Part shown: in pieces, positions 37,140-49,288 of the stretch
Layout of the letters: each line of letters begins with the position of its first letter
Position numbering within the stretch: position 1 is the first letter of the stretch
NCBI GenBank assembly: GCA_043228905.1
Contig: JBHGNT010000012.1
Coordinates: forward strand, 14,570,001 to 14,634,000
Direction of reading: 5' to 3'
From: Azolla caroliniana
Taxonomy: Eukaryota; Plantae; Polypodiophyta
DNA length: 64,000 nt
The notes under the pieces: model-generated
The model's database searches: none
Told to the model about the DNA's origin: nothing
The model's input: only the letters and a program-made list of their open reading frames with translations
Translations under genes and position numbers: made by a program

Positions 37140-37988
37140 GAACCATTCGTATCATACGTGCATTCGCATTCGAGAATGATTCAATAATACGTGTATGGTA
37201 AATCATCTCAACGTTGAATTGGATACATAAGAACGGTATTGATTGAATCACATGTCATAAGTTTCAATACTTTAGAAATTATTAAAGTACTAAACATTAG
37301 AAAGAGAGAGAAAGAGGGAGACTGAGCAAGAGAGTGTCATGTAGTTTCGATACTTTAGAAATGATTAAAGTACTAAACATTAGAAAGCGAGAGAAAGAGG
37401 GGGAGAGCAAGAGAGTGGCAAGTGTTATGAGCTAAAGTTTCAACTTCTATGGCAGTATTCCTAGGACTATTCACCTTCCTTCTCTTCGTCGTCCTCAGAT
37501 TCTTCATATTTTTCTGATCATCACCATCATCGTGATGACTCTGATATTGATTCTGTTTCTGAGGATCACCATGGTCCATGACTATGATTCATCTGATTAT
37601 GAGGATCACCATGACTATGATTCATCCGATTCTCGTGGATATGGTGGATCAAGCTTCTGTTCTTCCTGCTCATCATCACAGTGTTCTTGAGATTAATGTT
37701 GGCTCTGAGCATGTCCCTAGCTCCAAGGATTTCCTCCCTCATCCTCTCCACGATCATGAGCCACACCTACTGCCTAGAGCTCCCCATGAATTATACTGAG
37801 GAGGTTGAGATGTAGCAGAAGCCATGGAGCACTGCATCCATGGCCTGGCGGCAGAATCGTTGTAAAGAAGAACGCCATAGCCATACCCCAAGACACAATA
37901 GAATGGTTGGAGAAATCATGGTCACCAAGATATGGCGGATGAGTGGCGTTCTGATCATGAGTAGCAGAAGAAGATTCATGAGGAGGAG

Positions 37989-38040
<52 letters not shown>

Positions 38041-38756
38041 AAAAAAAAGTAAAAAAAAAAGGAACACGTATTTTTCCCTTTTCCAACGTGTTCGTTTCCA
38101 AACGTATTCAAACGTTTGAATGCTACCACGAACATGAATATTACGTTCTATGCATATAATATGTAATTTATTTTTTTGTGTTTGGTATATATATATGCAT
38201 TTGTATGTAATTGTGTGTACAATAATATATGTATGTGTTTGTGTAATATGTAATATATAAAAAATGTTTGTAAGAAGGTGTACATATGTATGTATTATGT
38301 ATATATGTATGTCAATATATATGGCTCATTCTAATATGTATGTAGTATGTAATGTATTTGTGTATGTGTATGTATATATTTACATATATTTATGTTTAGT
38401 AAGTATGCATGTATAAATGGTTGTAATGTATGTATATACATATCCATGGATGTATGTCTGAATGTAGGTATATATGCATGTATGTATATATATATGTAAT
38501 CATAGTACGTAAAATTCATGTTCATCTAGCATAACATTCGTTTTCCTACGTTGGAAAACGAATGCGAATGTTATTCAAACATTCTTGTGTTTTTTTCCCA
38601 TTTTTTAATGTTTTTTTTCCATTTTTTTAGGCTTATTTACCTCATAATAAATAGATAATCCAAAAGTATGGTATTTATCATTCTTTGAGGGTGTTTTTCT
38701 TACGCGAATGGTTCAATCATTCACGAATGTGAGTGCACGTATGGTACGTATGGTTC
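37140..38756. mobile_element. Putative non-autonomous element with ~56-bp TIRs (Mutator/MITE-like)
   Basis: 37140-37195 is an imperfect reverse complement of 38701-38756. No clear TSD because the flanks are microsatellite. Confidence 0.6.
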
Positions 38757-40556
38757 ATACTATGTATGTAATAATGTATATATGCTACTCCAAAATTGAG
38801 TATTGTTTGCATAATATATTCGTTACTATCTCATTGAAATATCTAATATTTCATGGGCTTATGTAAAAACAATTTCCAGCATAATTGATACCCTTATGTA
38901 AATATATTTTCAAATCTTTATTAATACCCTTATGTATATACATTTTGTATCTTAGTGATTAATTTAAACCCCTTTTGATGAACTAATGTGCTATCATACA
39001 AGTTTTGACAGTGAAGCCCCCGGGCCGTTGCTATTCGGTTGAGCCGGTTTGTCTACGCTTCCACACATTAGCTTTTACATGCTATTAGAGCGCGAGGATT
39101 GAGAATCCTCTACTGCCGACAAAAAGCACTAGATAGAAGAAAACCTAACTTCCTCTAAAGAACAGAAAAGGAAATGGATAAAAGGAGGGCAAGCTCGTTT
39201 CTGACGAAGAAGCTCGACAAAAGAAACTATGCATCTTGGTCCTACAAGATGCACCACTACCTGCTGGGGCATGGTTACCGAAGTTATGTCGAAGGAGGAA
39301 ATGAAGTAGCGCAAGAGCCGACACACAAGCACTTCCCAGCAAGGAGCGAGCAGAGTGTTATATTGCCTCCCATCTTGTGTGCACGATCAAATGCTTGGCT
39401 ATATCAAAGACACAAAAACGCCGAAAGAAGCTTGGGAAATTCTGAAGAAGATATTCACAACAAGTACCACTGCCCGTAAGTTGCAGCTCCGACAAGAGCT
39501 CAACAACATCCGACAAAGGGACATGTCTATTATGGACTATACCACCACGATAAAGGAGATTTGTGATGCGCTGGGGTCCATCAACGTGACGGTGGACGAA
39601 GACGAGATGGTCGAAATCTGCTTCGGTGGTCTGGCATAGAGGTATGGGCCTATCCAAACAACAATTTGCGCCTGGGAGAAGCCATGTCCTTCTTCGACTT
39701 GCAATCGATGTTGATGGTCAAAGAAAACCGTGTGAGTGGGTCGAGGACCACTCAATCAAACATCCAGATGATGTACACGGAGCCAGATCGACCCCGTGGG
39801 CGTGGAGGACGAGATGGATTGGCACGCAATAGTGGCAACCGACAAGAGTGGAATCAGAGGCACAGAGATAGTGTCGACAACAGTTCTGGACCCTCCACAA
39901 ACAGGGGGAGTCAACGTGGCATCAGAAACCGGCAATCGAAAACCGAAACGGAATGTTGGTATTGTGGCAAGAAAGGCCACCGAGAGAGAGAGTGCTGGAA
40001 GAAGCGCGCCAATTTGGAAAAATCCGGATCTAGAAAGATGGGACAAGAGAGTCGGCAAAGTTCACACTACGCAGAGGGATCAGAAGGATCCGGAACCGGA
40101 AAAGGGCAAGCCTTTGTGATGAAGCACAAGGTGAACTCGATGAAGAAGACCACCTCCAAGTCGGAAGAAGTGTGGTATGTTGACTCCGGGGCATTGAACC
40201 ACATGACGAGCCATAAAGAGTGGTTTTCGTATCTAGAGAAATCAGAGCAAACAGGAGTGGTTGAAACCGGAGATGACACTCCACACCCGATCGAACATGT
40301 CGGTGAAATTCCCTTATGTTATGTCGGGCAAAAGGGAAAACTCATGAACGTACTGCACGTCTCGACAATCACAAAGAACTTGGTGTCGGTCGGTCAGATT
40401 GTCGACCAAGGGCGGCAAGTTCGATTCACACATCTTGGGCGCTTCATCGAGTAAGAGGGCCAGATCATTGTCATGAATAGTACTAAAACAGAGAGAGAGA
40501 ATTAGTACTAGAGAAGGGAAGTACTATTAGTACTAAGAGGACGTACTGCTTAAAAC

Positions 40557-40609
<53 letters not shown>

Positions 40610-40829
40610 ATGATAACATATGATATATTATGTGAAGAGTAAGTACAAAATAGCTATGAGGCTTAAGACTGGCGTTGAACCAATTTGGTTCAAAATAATG
40701 CCTTGTGCCTCTTTTTATAGTGTTCTCAGGAATAGTCCTAAAGTTTCTAGAATGTTCCAGAGAAATCTGGAATAAACAATAATTTTTTATAGTAAAACTT
40801 AAATGAAAATAATATCCTGCGTATTATAA

Positions 40830-40895
40830 TAGATAATGTAATGGTCAAGAGCTCGACCCATATAACATAAGGTTATGGGTTCGAGTTTTGTCATA
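40830..40895 (+). other. tRNA-like A-box/B-box cassette in the family-1 LTR (second copy at ~45841-45906)
   Basis: TAATGTAATGG at 40834 and GGTTCGAGT at 40878, 44 nt apart. Confidence 0.55.
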
Positions 40896-42389
40896 TCATG
40901 ACACTATTCCCCCCTTAAGACAACGAGTGTCACGAGTCGGCGTTGATTGTGAATCGGGTTTGTCCGGATACTTTCGGTGGAAATCAACAAGAAGATCTTG
41001 AGCATTGGGGACATGCTCGACGGGTTCGCAAGTACGTTCGCTCGGACTATAGCCGAGCCAATCGACCAAATAATGAAGTTTTTTGCAAACAAACTTGGAG
41101 TCGAGGACGACAACAACTTCATACTCCGGGCCGGTGTCCAACTCAAGCAGGGCCGGCGGTGGTGTAACACAATCGGGAATAGTGTTGGCCCAATAAGGTT
41201 CGAGAAGAGAACTATGGAAGACCGGATGTATCTGGAGGTGTGGAGGAAGATCAAGGTGGAACGTGACATCATTAATCTTGCCGATAATACGGAAAGGACT
41301 GAGTCGTCGATAATCCAATTTGTCGCACAGTCGAGTTGTCTTGATGTGACGACGTAAGAGCCATACTTGATCTCCAATGGCAAAAGAGGAGGGAAGCCAA
41401 TGACGATCTGCATAAGTCTTCTGAGTGTGTTGAGCATGACGAAGATGAGTAGATAGATCCGTCTGAATCTTGCATAGCCTCTCCAGATGATCCTTGGCAC
41501 GAGGATTGGTAGGTAGCTCCGGAGTGTCGATCACAGACCAATTAAGATGAGAACCGGTATAAGCGTAAAATGGCGAGACCCAAGTCGAGGAGTGAATAGC
41601 GTTGTTATACACAAACTCCGCAAAGTGGAGAATATCAACCCAATTGTCATGTTGATAACTCAGAAAACACCGAACATATTGTTCTAGCGTTTGATTTGTT
41701 CGTTCCGCTTGCCCATCGGTTTGGGGATGGTAGCCAGAGGAGAGGTTGCAAGAGACCTTGAGCATCTTGAAGAGATGCTTCCAAAATTTGGAGACGAATT
41801 GAGGTCCTCGGTCACTGATGATATTGTTTGGGAGGCCATGATGCCGAAATACCTCACGCATGACAAGGGCTGCGGTTTCCTCACTATTGATGGCCTTAGT
41901 ACAAGGCACAAAATGTGCCATCTTAGTATATCGATCGACGATGGTTAAGATAACATCGAAACCCTTCGAGACTGAAAGATCTGTGATAAAATCAAGACAA
42001 ATGGACTGCCACGGCTTACTTGGAATTGGTAAGGATTCCAACAAGCCATATGGATGATGTCGTGGCATCTTTGCTCGGCAACAAGCATCACAGGTCCGAA
42101 CATAGTCGTCGACAAAACGTTGCATATGGGGCCACCAAAAGGATCGTCGAACTAGATCCAATGTCTTAGTACTACCGAAATGTCCAGCTGTATGGGTGTC
42201 GTGACAATTTTGGATGATTTGAAGGCGATAGGAGCAATCAGGAACATACACGAGATTTTTAAAGAATAACAAACCATCATGATATTCGAATTGTCGATAG
42301 TCCATACCTGGTTGTTGAGATTGGGAACAGGATGCCCGAGAGGCATCAATTTCTGCTAGAATGGCTTGAGCAAAACTATCCGTATTCAA
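40896..42389 (-). CDS. Integrase with C-terminal chromodomain
   Basis: HDTHTAGHFG...CDAC, ISDRGPQF, HPQTDGQAER, HPVFHSSLLEP, YEV..VLDSK...YLVDWLGY. Confidence 0.93.
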   Translation of the reverse strand: MNTDSFAQAILAEIDASRASCSQSQQPGMDYRQFEYHDGLLFFKNLVYVPDCSYRLQIIQNCHDTHTAGHFGSTKTLDLVRRSFWWPHMQRFVDDYVRTCDACCRAKMPRHHPYGLLESLPIPSKPWQSICLDFITDLSVSKGFDVILTIVDRYTKMAHFVPCTKAINSEETAALVMREVFRHHGLPNNIISDRGPQFVSKFWKHLFKMLKVSCNLSSGYHPQTDGQAERTNQTLEQYVRCFLSYQHDNWVDILHFAEFVYNNAIHSSTWVSPFYAYTGSHLNWSVIDTPELPTNPRAKDHLERLCKIQTDLSTHLRHAQHTQKTYADRHWLPSSFAIGDQVWLLRRHIKTTRLCDKLDYRRLSPFRIIGKINDVTFHLDLPPHLQIHPVFHSSLLEPYWANTIPDCVTPPPALLELDTGPEYEVVVVLDSKFVCKKLHYLVDWLGYSPSERTCEPVEHVPNAQDLLVDFHRKYPDKPDSQSTPTRDTRCLKGGIVS

Positions 42390-45300
42390 GTTGGCACGTA
42401 TGGCATCGATAATCTAGGAATCTAGTGGAGTGTGAAAAATCCGCGTTGTGTGCAAATGTGTGGGTCCTAAGATTACCTGCTTTTGATTATCAAATGCTGG
42501 ATCACCCGGACGAGGTGCAAGATATGAACGTCACGATAGTGCATATGCTTTTCCTTGTTGCTTCCCCGACCGATATGTGATTTTGAAGTCAAAACGCGTG
42601 AGGAATTGGGCCCACCGAGCTTGCCGTCGATTTAGTACACGAGCGTTCTAGAAGTAAGCAAGATTTTTGTGATCATTGAACACGATGACCTGATGAGGAG
42701 AGCCCTCTAAGAAGTGCCGCCATTCCACAAACGAATCCATGATGGCTAATAACTCCTTGTCATGTATCTCATAGTTAATTTCCGCAGCATCAAATTTGTG
42801 TGAGTGGAAAGCCACATGATGTAACTTTTCTTTATCTCCTTGTTGTGAAAGGATGCTACCGAGGGCGAAATCCGATGCGTTAGCCTCCATGATGAATGAT
42901 TTGTTTGTATCCACATGAGCTAGAATAGGAGCTGATGTAAAGGTTTTCTTAAGATGCATAAAAGCCATGTCCGCTTCATTGGACCAAAGAAATGACAGTC
43001 CCTTCTTGGTAAGCTGTGTGAGAGGAAAAATAATCTTCGAGTAATCCTGTATAAACTTGCGGTAGAAGTTAGCAAAGCCTAGGAAACATTGCACATCTCG
43101 TAATGAACATGGAGTTTGCCACTCTAGCACAGTTTGGACATTAGCTAGATCCATGGAGATGCCTTTTGAGGAGATGATGTAGCCTAGAAATTCCACTTGC
43201 TTGCAGTTAAAACTACATTTTTCTAGTTTGGCATAAAGACCATGCTCTTAGAGTCGTTTTAGTACTACTAGTACATGAGAATCATGGTCTTCTTGGGTCT
43301 TCGAATAAATCAATAGATCATCCAGATAGATGATCAAACAGATATCCAAGAGATCTCTGAATATATCATTTGCCATGTGCTGGAAGACTGTGGGCAGATT
43401 GGTTAGACCGAACGGCAGAACGGTATACTTGAAGTGCCTATATCAGGTGCAAAAAGCGGTCTTCCATTTGTCTCCCAGTCAAATCCGCATGAGGTTATAT
43501 GCTCCTCGTAAGTCGATTTTTGTAAAAAACTTGGCACCATTTACACGTTCTAATATACTTGATGTAAGGGGAAGTGCATACCTATTCTGAATGGTGACCT
43601 TATTCAAGCCGCGGTAATCAACGACGAGACGAAGGGATCCATCTTTCTTTTATGACAAAAAAATGGGTGCACAGGCCAGAGATTTTGAATGACGAATAAA
43701 CCCACTTCCCAAATTCTCTTCTATGTAGGCTCGAAGGACGTCTAACTCGGTTGGTGACAAGTTGTAAATCAGTCCCCACGGTGGCTCTATTCCTGGTTGT
43801 AAATCGATGGGACAATCATAGGGACGATGATGAGGAAGAGTACCAACTCTGACCTTGTCAAATACATCGGCATAAGGATGATATTTCTCAGGAAGTTAAA
43901 CAAAGGATTCCTTTTTAATAGTGTTGGAAGGATGTACTGATATTGCAAATAGGAACATTGAGTCCTTGCGTCCTTTGCGTAATTGATGGAGCGAAATGGT
44001 CGAAACTCGATGGGTAGATTCTCGAGGTTGTCGATACCGGTCTTCTCTTGTTCTCCAATCTATGTCTGGATTATGTACTTCAAACCAAGGTAATCCCAGG
44101 ACAATGGGATGCTCTTGACTACTAATTATATTAAATGATACCACACACACAAAGCTATCTAGGACAACCTAAATGGGTTTTGACTCTTCTACGATATTCC
44201 CAGAAGCAATGGGACGACCATCAATGACTGCTACAGATGCGGGGCAAGGAAGTTTTCTTAAGTATATCTGAGAAGCTTGGGAAAAATTTTGATCCATGAA
44301 ACAGGAATTGGCTCCGAAATCTAAAAGTGCTAAGACATGTACTGGAGGGGTACTTTTAGTACTAATCATGACTTGGGCTAAGAACACATTGCTAACTTGC
44401 TTAGAGGGAATGGAACCACTAATGGGGATAGTTGATGGCGATATGCCCTGGTCCACCGCAATAAAGACATAATCTTCTTCCGATAATGGGCCACGTCGAT
44501 GCATGGTGTCGATCTCCATCGGCGTCGGAGTATTTGCCTGAGATACATCTCGTGCAACCGGTTTAGCTGTGACTGAGGCGTATGTGGGCTCTGGCCTAGT
44601 CTATGGCATTTGAAATTGACGTTCCGAACGTCGTTCGAAAAGGCGGTTGTCGCATCGGTCCGCTCGACTAATTGCCTCTATAAGAGATTTTGGTTCTTCA
44701 GGAAAGGTTAAAAGTAAATATTTGACATCGTTTCGTAGGCCGTAGCGGAACTGCTCCATTAGTGCTTGATCATCCCAGGGGATATCTGAGGCGAGTAGAC
44801 GGAAATCCGCCGCGTGGGCAAAGGCTGGACGATCGCCTTGAGACAATCATCGGATTTTGTTGATCGCCGTCCTGATGATGTCAGTATCTCCAAAGCAGGC
44901 TTTAAACTCGCCAATAAAGTCTTCAAAGTTATTAAGCAAGGGTGATTGTTTTTCCAAAAGCGGAGTGAACCATGCCAAGGCTAAGCCGCTCAGCAATGTG
45001 CCTACTAGGCCTACTCAGGATGCACCAGTGGGGTATTGGGAAGGATGCATTTGCATGACTGAGCGTACCTGATTAAGGACTCCTGTGAATTGTGAGCGCG
45101 TTCCATCGAATTTCACAAGAAGACCAATCTTGGGCTCTTTATGAAGTCCTTGGGGACTTGATCCTTGTTGTTGCAATGCTACGATGGTTGCTTCGAGTTG
45201 TTGTATGCGTAATGCTAACCGCCCATGTTGTTGCTATGTTTGTTGTTTTTCTAAAGCAATTTGCTGAAGATCCCATAACAATCGTTGGTTTTCTTGTTCC

Positions 45301-45436
45301 AATGCAATGAATTTTTCTTTTAGACACTGTAGCTCGGAAAAAGTGGATTGATATTCTTGGGTGCTAACAGTAGCCATAGTATTGGAAAAAGGGGTAAGAG
45401 GATGAGGGAAACCAAAAAGAAGACCAGAGGGAAATT

Positions 45437-45446
45437 TTGGTTCAAA
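45437..45446 (-). promoter_or_regulatory. Self-priming (Tf1-type) PBS
   Basis: Minus TTTGAACCAA next to the LTR is complementary to TTGGTTCAAA (45694-45685), ~35 nt downstream of the LTR TATA box. No TGG-type tRNA PBS. Confidence 0.75.
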
Positions 45447-45561
45447 CTGTCAGGGATAGTACTAAAACAGAGAGAGAGAGAGAATTAGTACTAGAGAAGG
45501 GAAGTACTATTAGTACTAAGAGGATGGATTGTGTAAGACCCACGAGAGAGAGATTGCGAAG

Positions 45562-45620
<59 letters not shown>

Positions 45621-48600
45621 AAGATAACAAATGATATATTATGTGAAGAGTAAGTACAAAATAGCTATGAGGCTTAAGACTGGCTTTGAACCAATTTGAT
45701 TCGAAATAATGCCTTGTGCCTCTTTTTATAGTGTTCTCAGGAATAGTCCTGAAGCTTCTAGAATGTTCCAGAGAAATCTGGAATATACAATAATTTTCTA
45801 TAGTAAAACTTAAATGAAAATAATATCCTACGCATTACAATAGATAATGTAATGGTCAAGGGGTCGACTCATATAACATAAGGTTTTGGGTTTGAGTCTT
45901 GCCATATCATGACAATCATCGCGAGATGGGAAGATCTTCATCCTCGACACTAATGACATCGGTGCCGCTCTATTCACCAAAGGACAAAAAGTCAAGTCGG
46001 AGATCGACTTATGGCACAAGTGAATAGGCCACTTCAATTATCAGAGGCTTCTGGATCTGCAATCGAAACAAGTGGTATTTGGATTGCCGAAATTTAGTGG
46101 CTGGAAGGCCCAATTTTGTGAAGCCTGTCAGCTAGGGAAGCAACACTAACTTCCATTCCCAAACGAGCGAAACCGGAGCTGGAACAAGCTTGACCTGATA
46201 CATTCGGATGTATGGGGACCCACACAAAATGGTAGTCTTGGCGGGGGCTGATATTTTGTCTCTCTCATTGACGACTACAACTGGCACACATGGATCTACC
46301 TCATTGAGAAGAAGAGCAAAGTCTTTGACTGTTTCCGGAACCTTCAAGTTTAGTCAAATGCAAAACGGAGAGGAAGATCAAGTGCTTGTAGTCGGATGGC
46401 AGTAAAGAATACTTTTTCGGCCAATTCAACAGTTATTTGTAACAGAAGGGAATTAAGAGAGAATTCAGCTACAGATATATGCTAGAACAAAACAACATAG
46501 CCGAGAGGAAGAATCGGTCAATTGTGGAGGTGCCTAGGGCAATGCTAGAGGAGAAGAGCATGCCCAAGTTATACTAGGCCAAAGCGGTTCAGACAATGGT
46601 GTACATCCAAAACCAGATTAGGGAGAAGGTGTGGAACACGAGTTGTATTTTGGGCGAAAGCCGAATTTACGATACTTGAGGATATTCGGCAACATAACCT
46701 ATGTGCATGTGCTCGATGAGAAGAGGAGGAAGTTGGACCCAAAGTCAAAAAAGTGCATTTTGGTCGGCTACTCACATGAATAGAAGGGGTACAAGTGATA
46801 TATCCCCCAAACCAAACAAGTTTGAGTAAGCCGCGCTGTCAAATTCAACGAGTCAGCATCCTGATACTCTCTACCGACTCCGACTCCCGACCACCTGATT
46901 CCGAAAGATGAGGCCAGTGAGCCCAAAATGATCCAGGCAAAAGAAGAAGAAAAAGAGTTCGGTACTCTAGACGAGATTCCGATCTGATTTCGGCTGAGTG
47001 GGCCGAATGACATACTGAGTCGGAATGACCAATCGGATAATGAGCCGGCAAGTAGTGGAGACTCAGTCGTATTGTCCGACTACTTGCCGGTAGGGGAAGA
47101 AGAAGATGCCTAAATATGACACCAGTAGGGACGAGTCGGATCGAAGTGAATCCGACTCAGGAAAGAATGAAGACAAACGTTCGGATATGAAGTCTGAGTT
47201 GGCCAAAAGGTCCCTTCAATTGGCTAACAAGAAGGTACGTTGATCAACCCCCCAAAAGATTCCGGTGAAGTGGTATGGGTATAATGAATACATGGCGCAT
47301 CACTATGCCTACATGAAGAAGGTAGTGGAAGGGTGTGAGCTGGAGAGCTACACAAAAGTGCCAAAATATGTGAACTAGCGTGCTACGATGGAGGAAGCAA
47401 TGCGGGCACTCAATGCCAAGGACACATGAGACCTAGTTGAACCTCCTTGACATTGTAAACCGATTGGTTGTAAGTGGGTATACAAGGTAAAATATAATGT
47501 CGACGGTTTGGTCAACCGGTACAAGGCTTGACTAGTGGAGAAAGGATATGCACACACACGGAATCGACTACGACGAGACCTTCGCTCCGGTAGCGAAGAT
47601 CATGACGGTTCGTGTGGTGCTGGTAGTTGCTACGGCAAGGGGGTGGCATCTTCACTAAATGGACGTGAAGAATGCGATTCTTCAAGGCGATCTTGAAGAA
47701 CAAGTCTATATGATCCAGCCCCCCGGATTTCAGTCGGAGATGAACAAATCGGCAGTGTGCCAACTCACAAAGTCGCTCTATGGCTTGAAGCAAGCACCCT
47801 GAGTTTGGAATTCGAAGATAATGCACCGATTGCGTAAGATGGGGTTTGTTGCCTCCAAATCCGACTCATTGTTTTTCATCCGAAAGGTCCGGTCCGAAGC
47901 AGCAAGAAGCAGCCGACAATGGCTCTATTGAGCACTGAGGCTAAGTACCGTGGAGCTATTGTCGCCACCTATGAAGCCATGAAGCCATATGGCTTGGGCA
48001 GCTGCTACAAGACCTTCTAATTGAAGTCCCAACTTCAATCCCGATCCACTGCCACAACATTAGTAGCATGCAACTCGCACAAAGCACATAGAAGTGCATT
48101 ATCACTTTGTGCGCGAGCGGGGCTTGAGCAGTGAAGTTGAACTTCGGTATGTTCGAACCGATCGACAAGTTGCCAACATCTTCACAAAGCCACTCGGATC
48201 AGACAAGTTGTAGCATTTTTCGGTGATGCTTGGGTTGCAGCATCTCGACATGCCGCACTTGAGGGGGAGAACAGGAACAAGAACTAGGAAAACACGGGAA
48301 GGCACCGGAGAGGAGGAAAAGACCGAAATAGGGGAAGACAAGAAGAAAAGGGGAGTCGAGTCGACTGAAGAATTCGACACATCTGAAAAAGTTGGAACAA
48401 GCGGCTAAGGTGATAGACTCAAGAAGGACATAGCTGACCGAAGAACAAGGTCAAAACCTGGACATGGTCTGATGTGGTAAAGGGCCTAAAGATTGAAGAC
48501 GAATTGAAGGCAGCCAATTCGGTCAAGAGTTGGAATGAATTAGAGGTAGCCGATTTGAAAGAGGTGTTTGATTTGGAGGAGCCAAATCAACTGAAGGCCA

Positions 48601-48874
48601 AACGGACGAGTAGGCAACGGAAGTGACGTGAACACAGAGGAACCGACGGGTTGAGAAGCGTTGAAGTCACAACAACGAAGGAACTGAGATGGGCCTTATG
48701 AGCAGAGAAGCCAATCGAGAAGGTCGAAGTGTCTGAAACCAGCCGAGTCGTGGAAAGCGGAACCAGACGGGTCGAGGAGCACGAGCAAGGCGGGAAGATG
48801 CCAAGAGGAGCCAGAGGAAAGGACCGGCAGACATTGACACCACGATCTGACCTCAAGTTAAGTTTGAGGGGGAG

Positions 48875-49288
48875 TGTTGAGCGGTCAAGCTCAACATGAT
48901 CCGGATTGGTTGAATAAGCCAAGAGCTGGATTGGTGTCCGGAACGGAGAGCCGGATCGGTGTCTGGATCTGAGTGTAACCAGTAGGCCGTTAGAGGCCGA
49001 CAATTCTAGCCTAGTACATAGGCATATTTTTGGGAATTGGTGTTAATCACTCAGTACGAGCATTGAAGTACTTGTCAATCCTTCTAAGAACTTGTATAAA
49101 AGTGTTCTCTAAGACCATTTTGTATGTACAAAGTGTTCATTATTTTGAAATTGAGTTTACATTCTGCTCTCTCTTTGTCTCTCCCCCGTACTATGTATTC
49201 TCAAGCTTCCCATTAGAACTTGTCCCTGTTTTTCTATTGCTATCCAGTTGAGCTGGTTTTTGTACGCTTTTGCACATTAGCTTTTACA
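48875..49288 (+). repeat. 3' LTR of Copia-B copy 2
   Basis: TGTTGAGCG...TTTTACA after PPT GAGGGGGAG. Confidence 0.9.

Larger units (their letters stand above)
26489..39024. mobile_element. Non-autonomous TIR DNA transposon with 8-bp TSD carrying host-gene cargo
   Basis: Left end CCCAGGGGCTCCACT and right end AGTGAAGCCCCCGGG are inverted (13/15). Flanks CTGTTGCT (26481-26488) and CCGTTGCT (39025-39032). It interrupts an otherwise contiguous LTR. Confidence 0.75.
40469..45914 (-). mobile_element. Structurally complete Tcn1-like chromovirus (family 1) with TSD ATCAT; ORFs decayed except integrase
   Basis: LTRs 40469-40903 and 45448-45914; TSD at 40464-40468 and 45915-45919; PPT AAGGGGGGAATAG; gag-PR-RT-RH-INT-chromodomain. 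Confidence 0.96.
26340..49288 (+). mobile_element. Copia-B copy 2; its 5' LTR is split by the TIR element and its pol by a chromovirus
   Basis: LTR halves 26340-26488 and 39025-39079 match 49095-49288. PBS TGCTATTAGAGC at 39080. gag/zinc knuckle CWYCGKKGHRERECW, WYVDSGA; INT/RT/RH at 45915-48260; 3' LTR 48875-49288. Confidence 0.88.
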
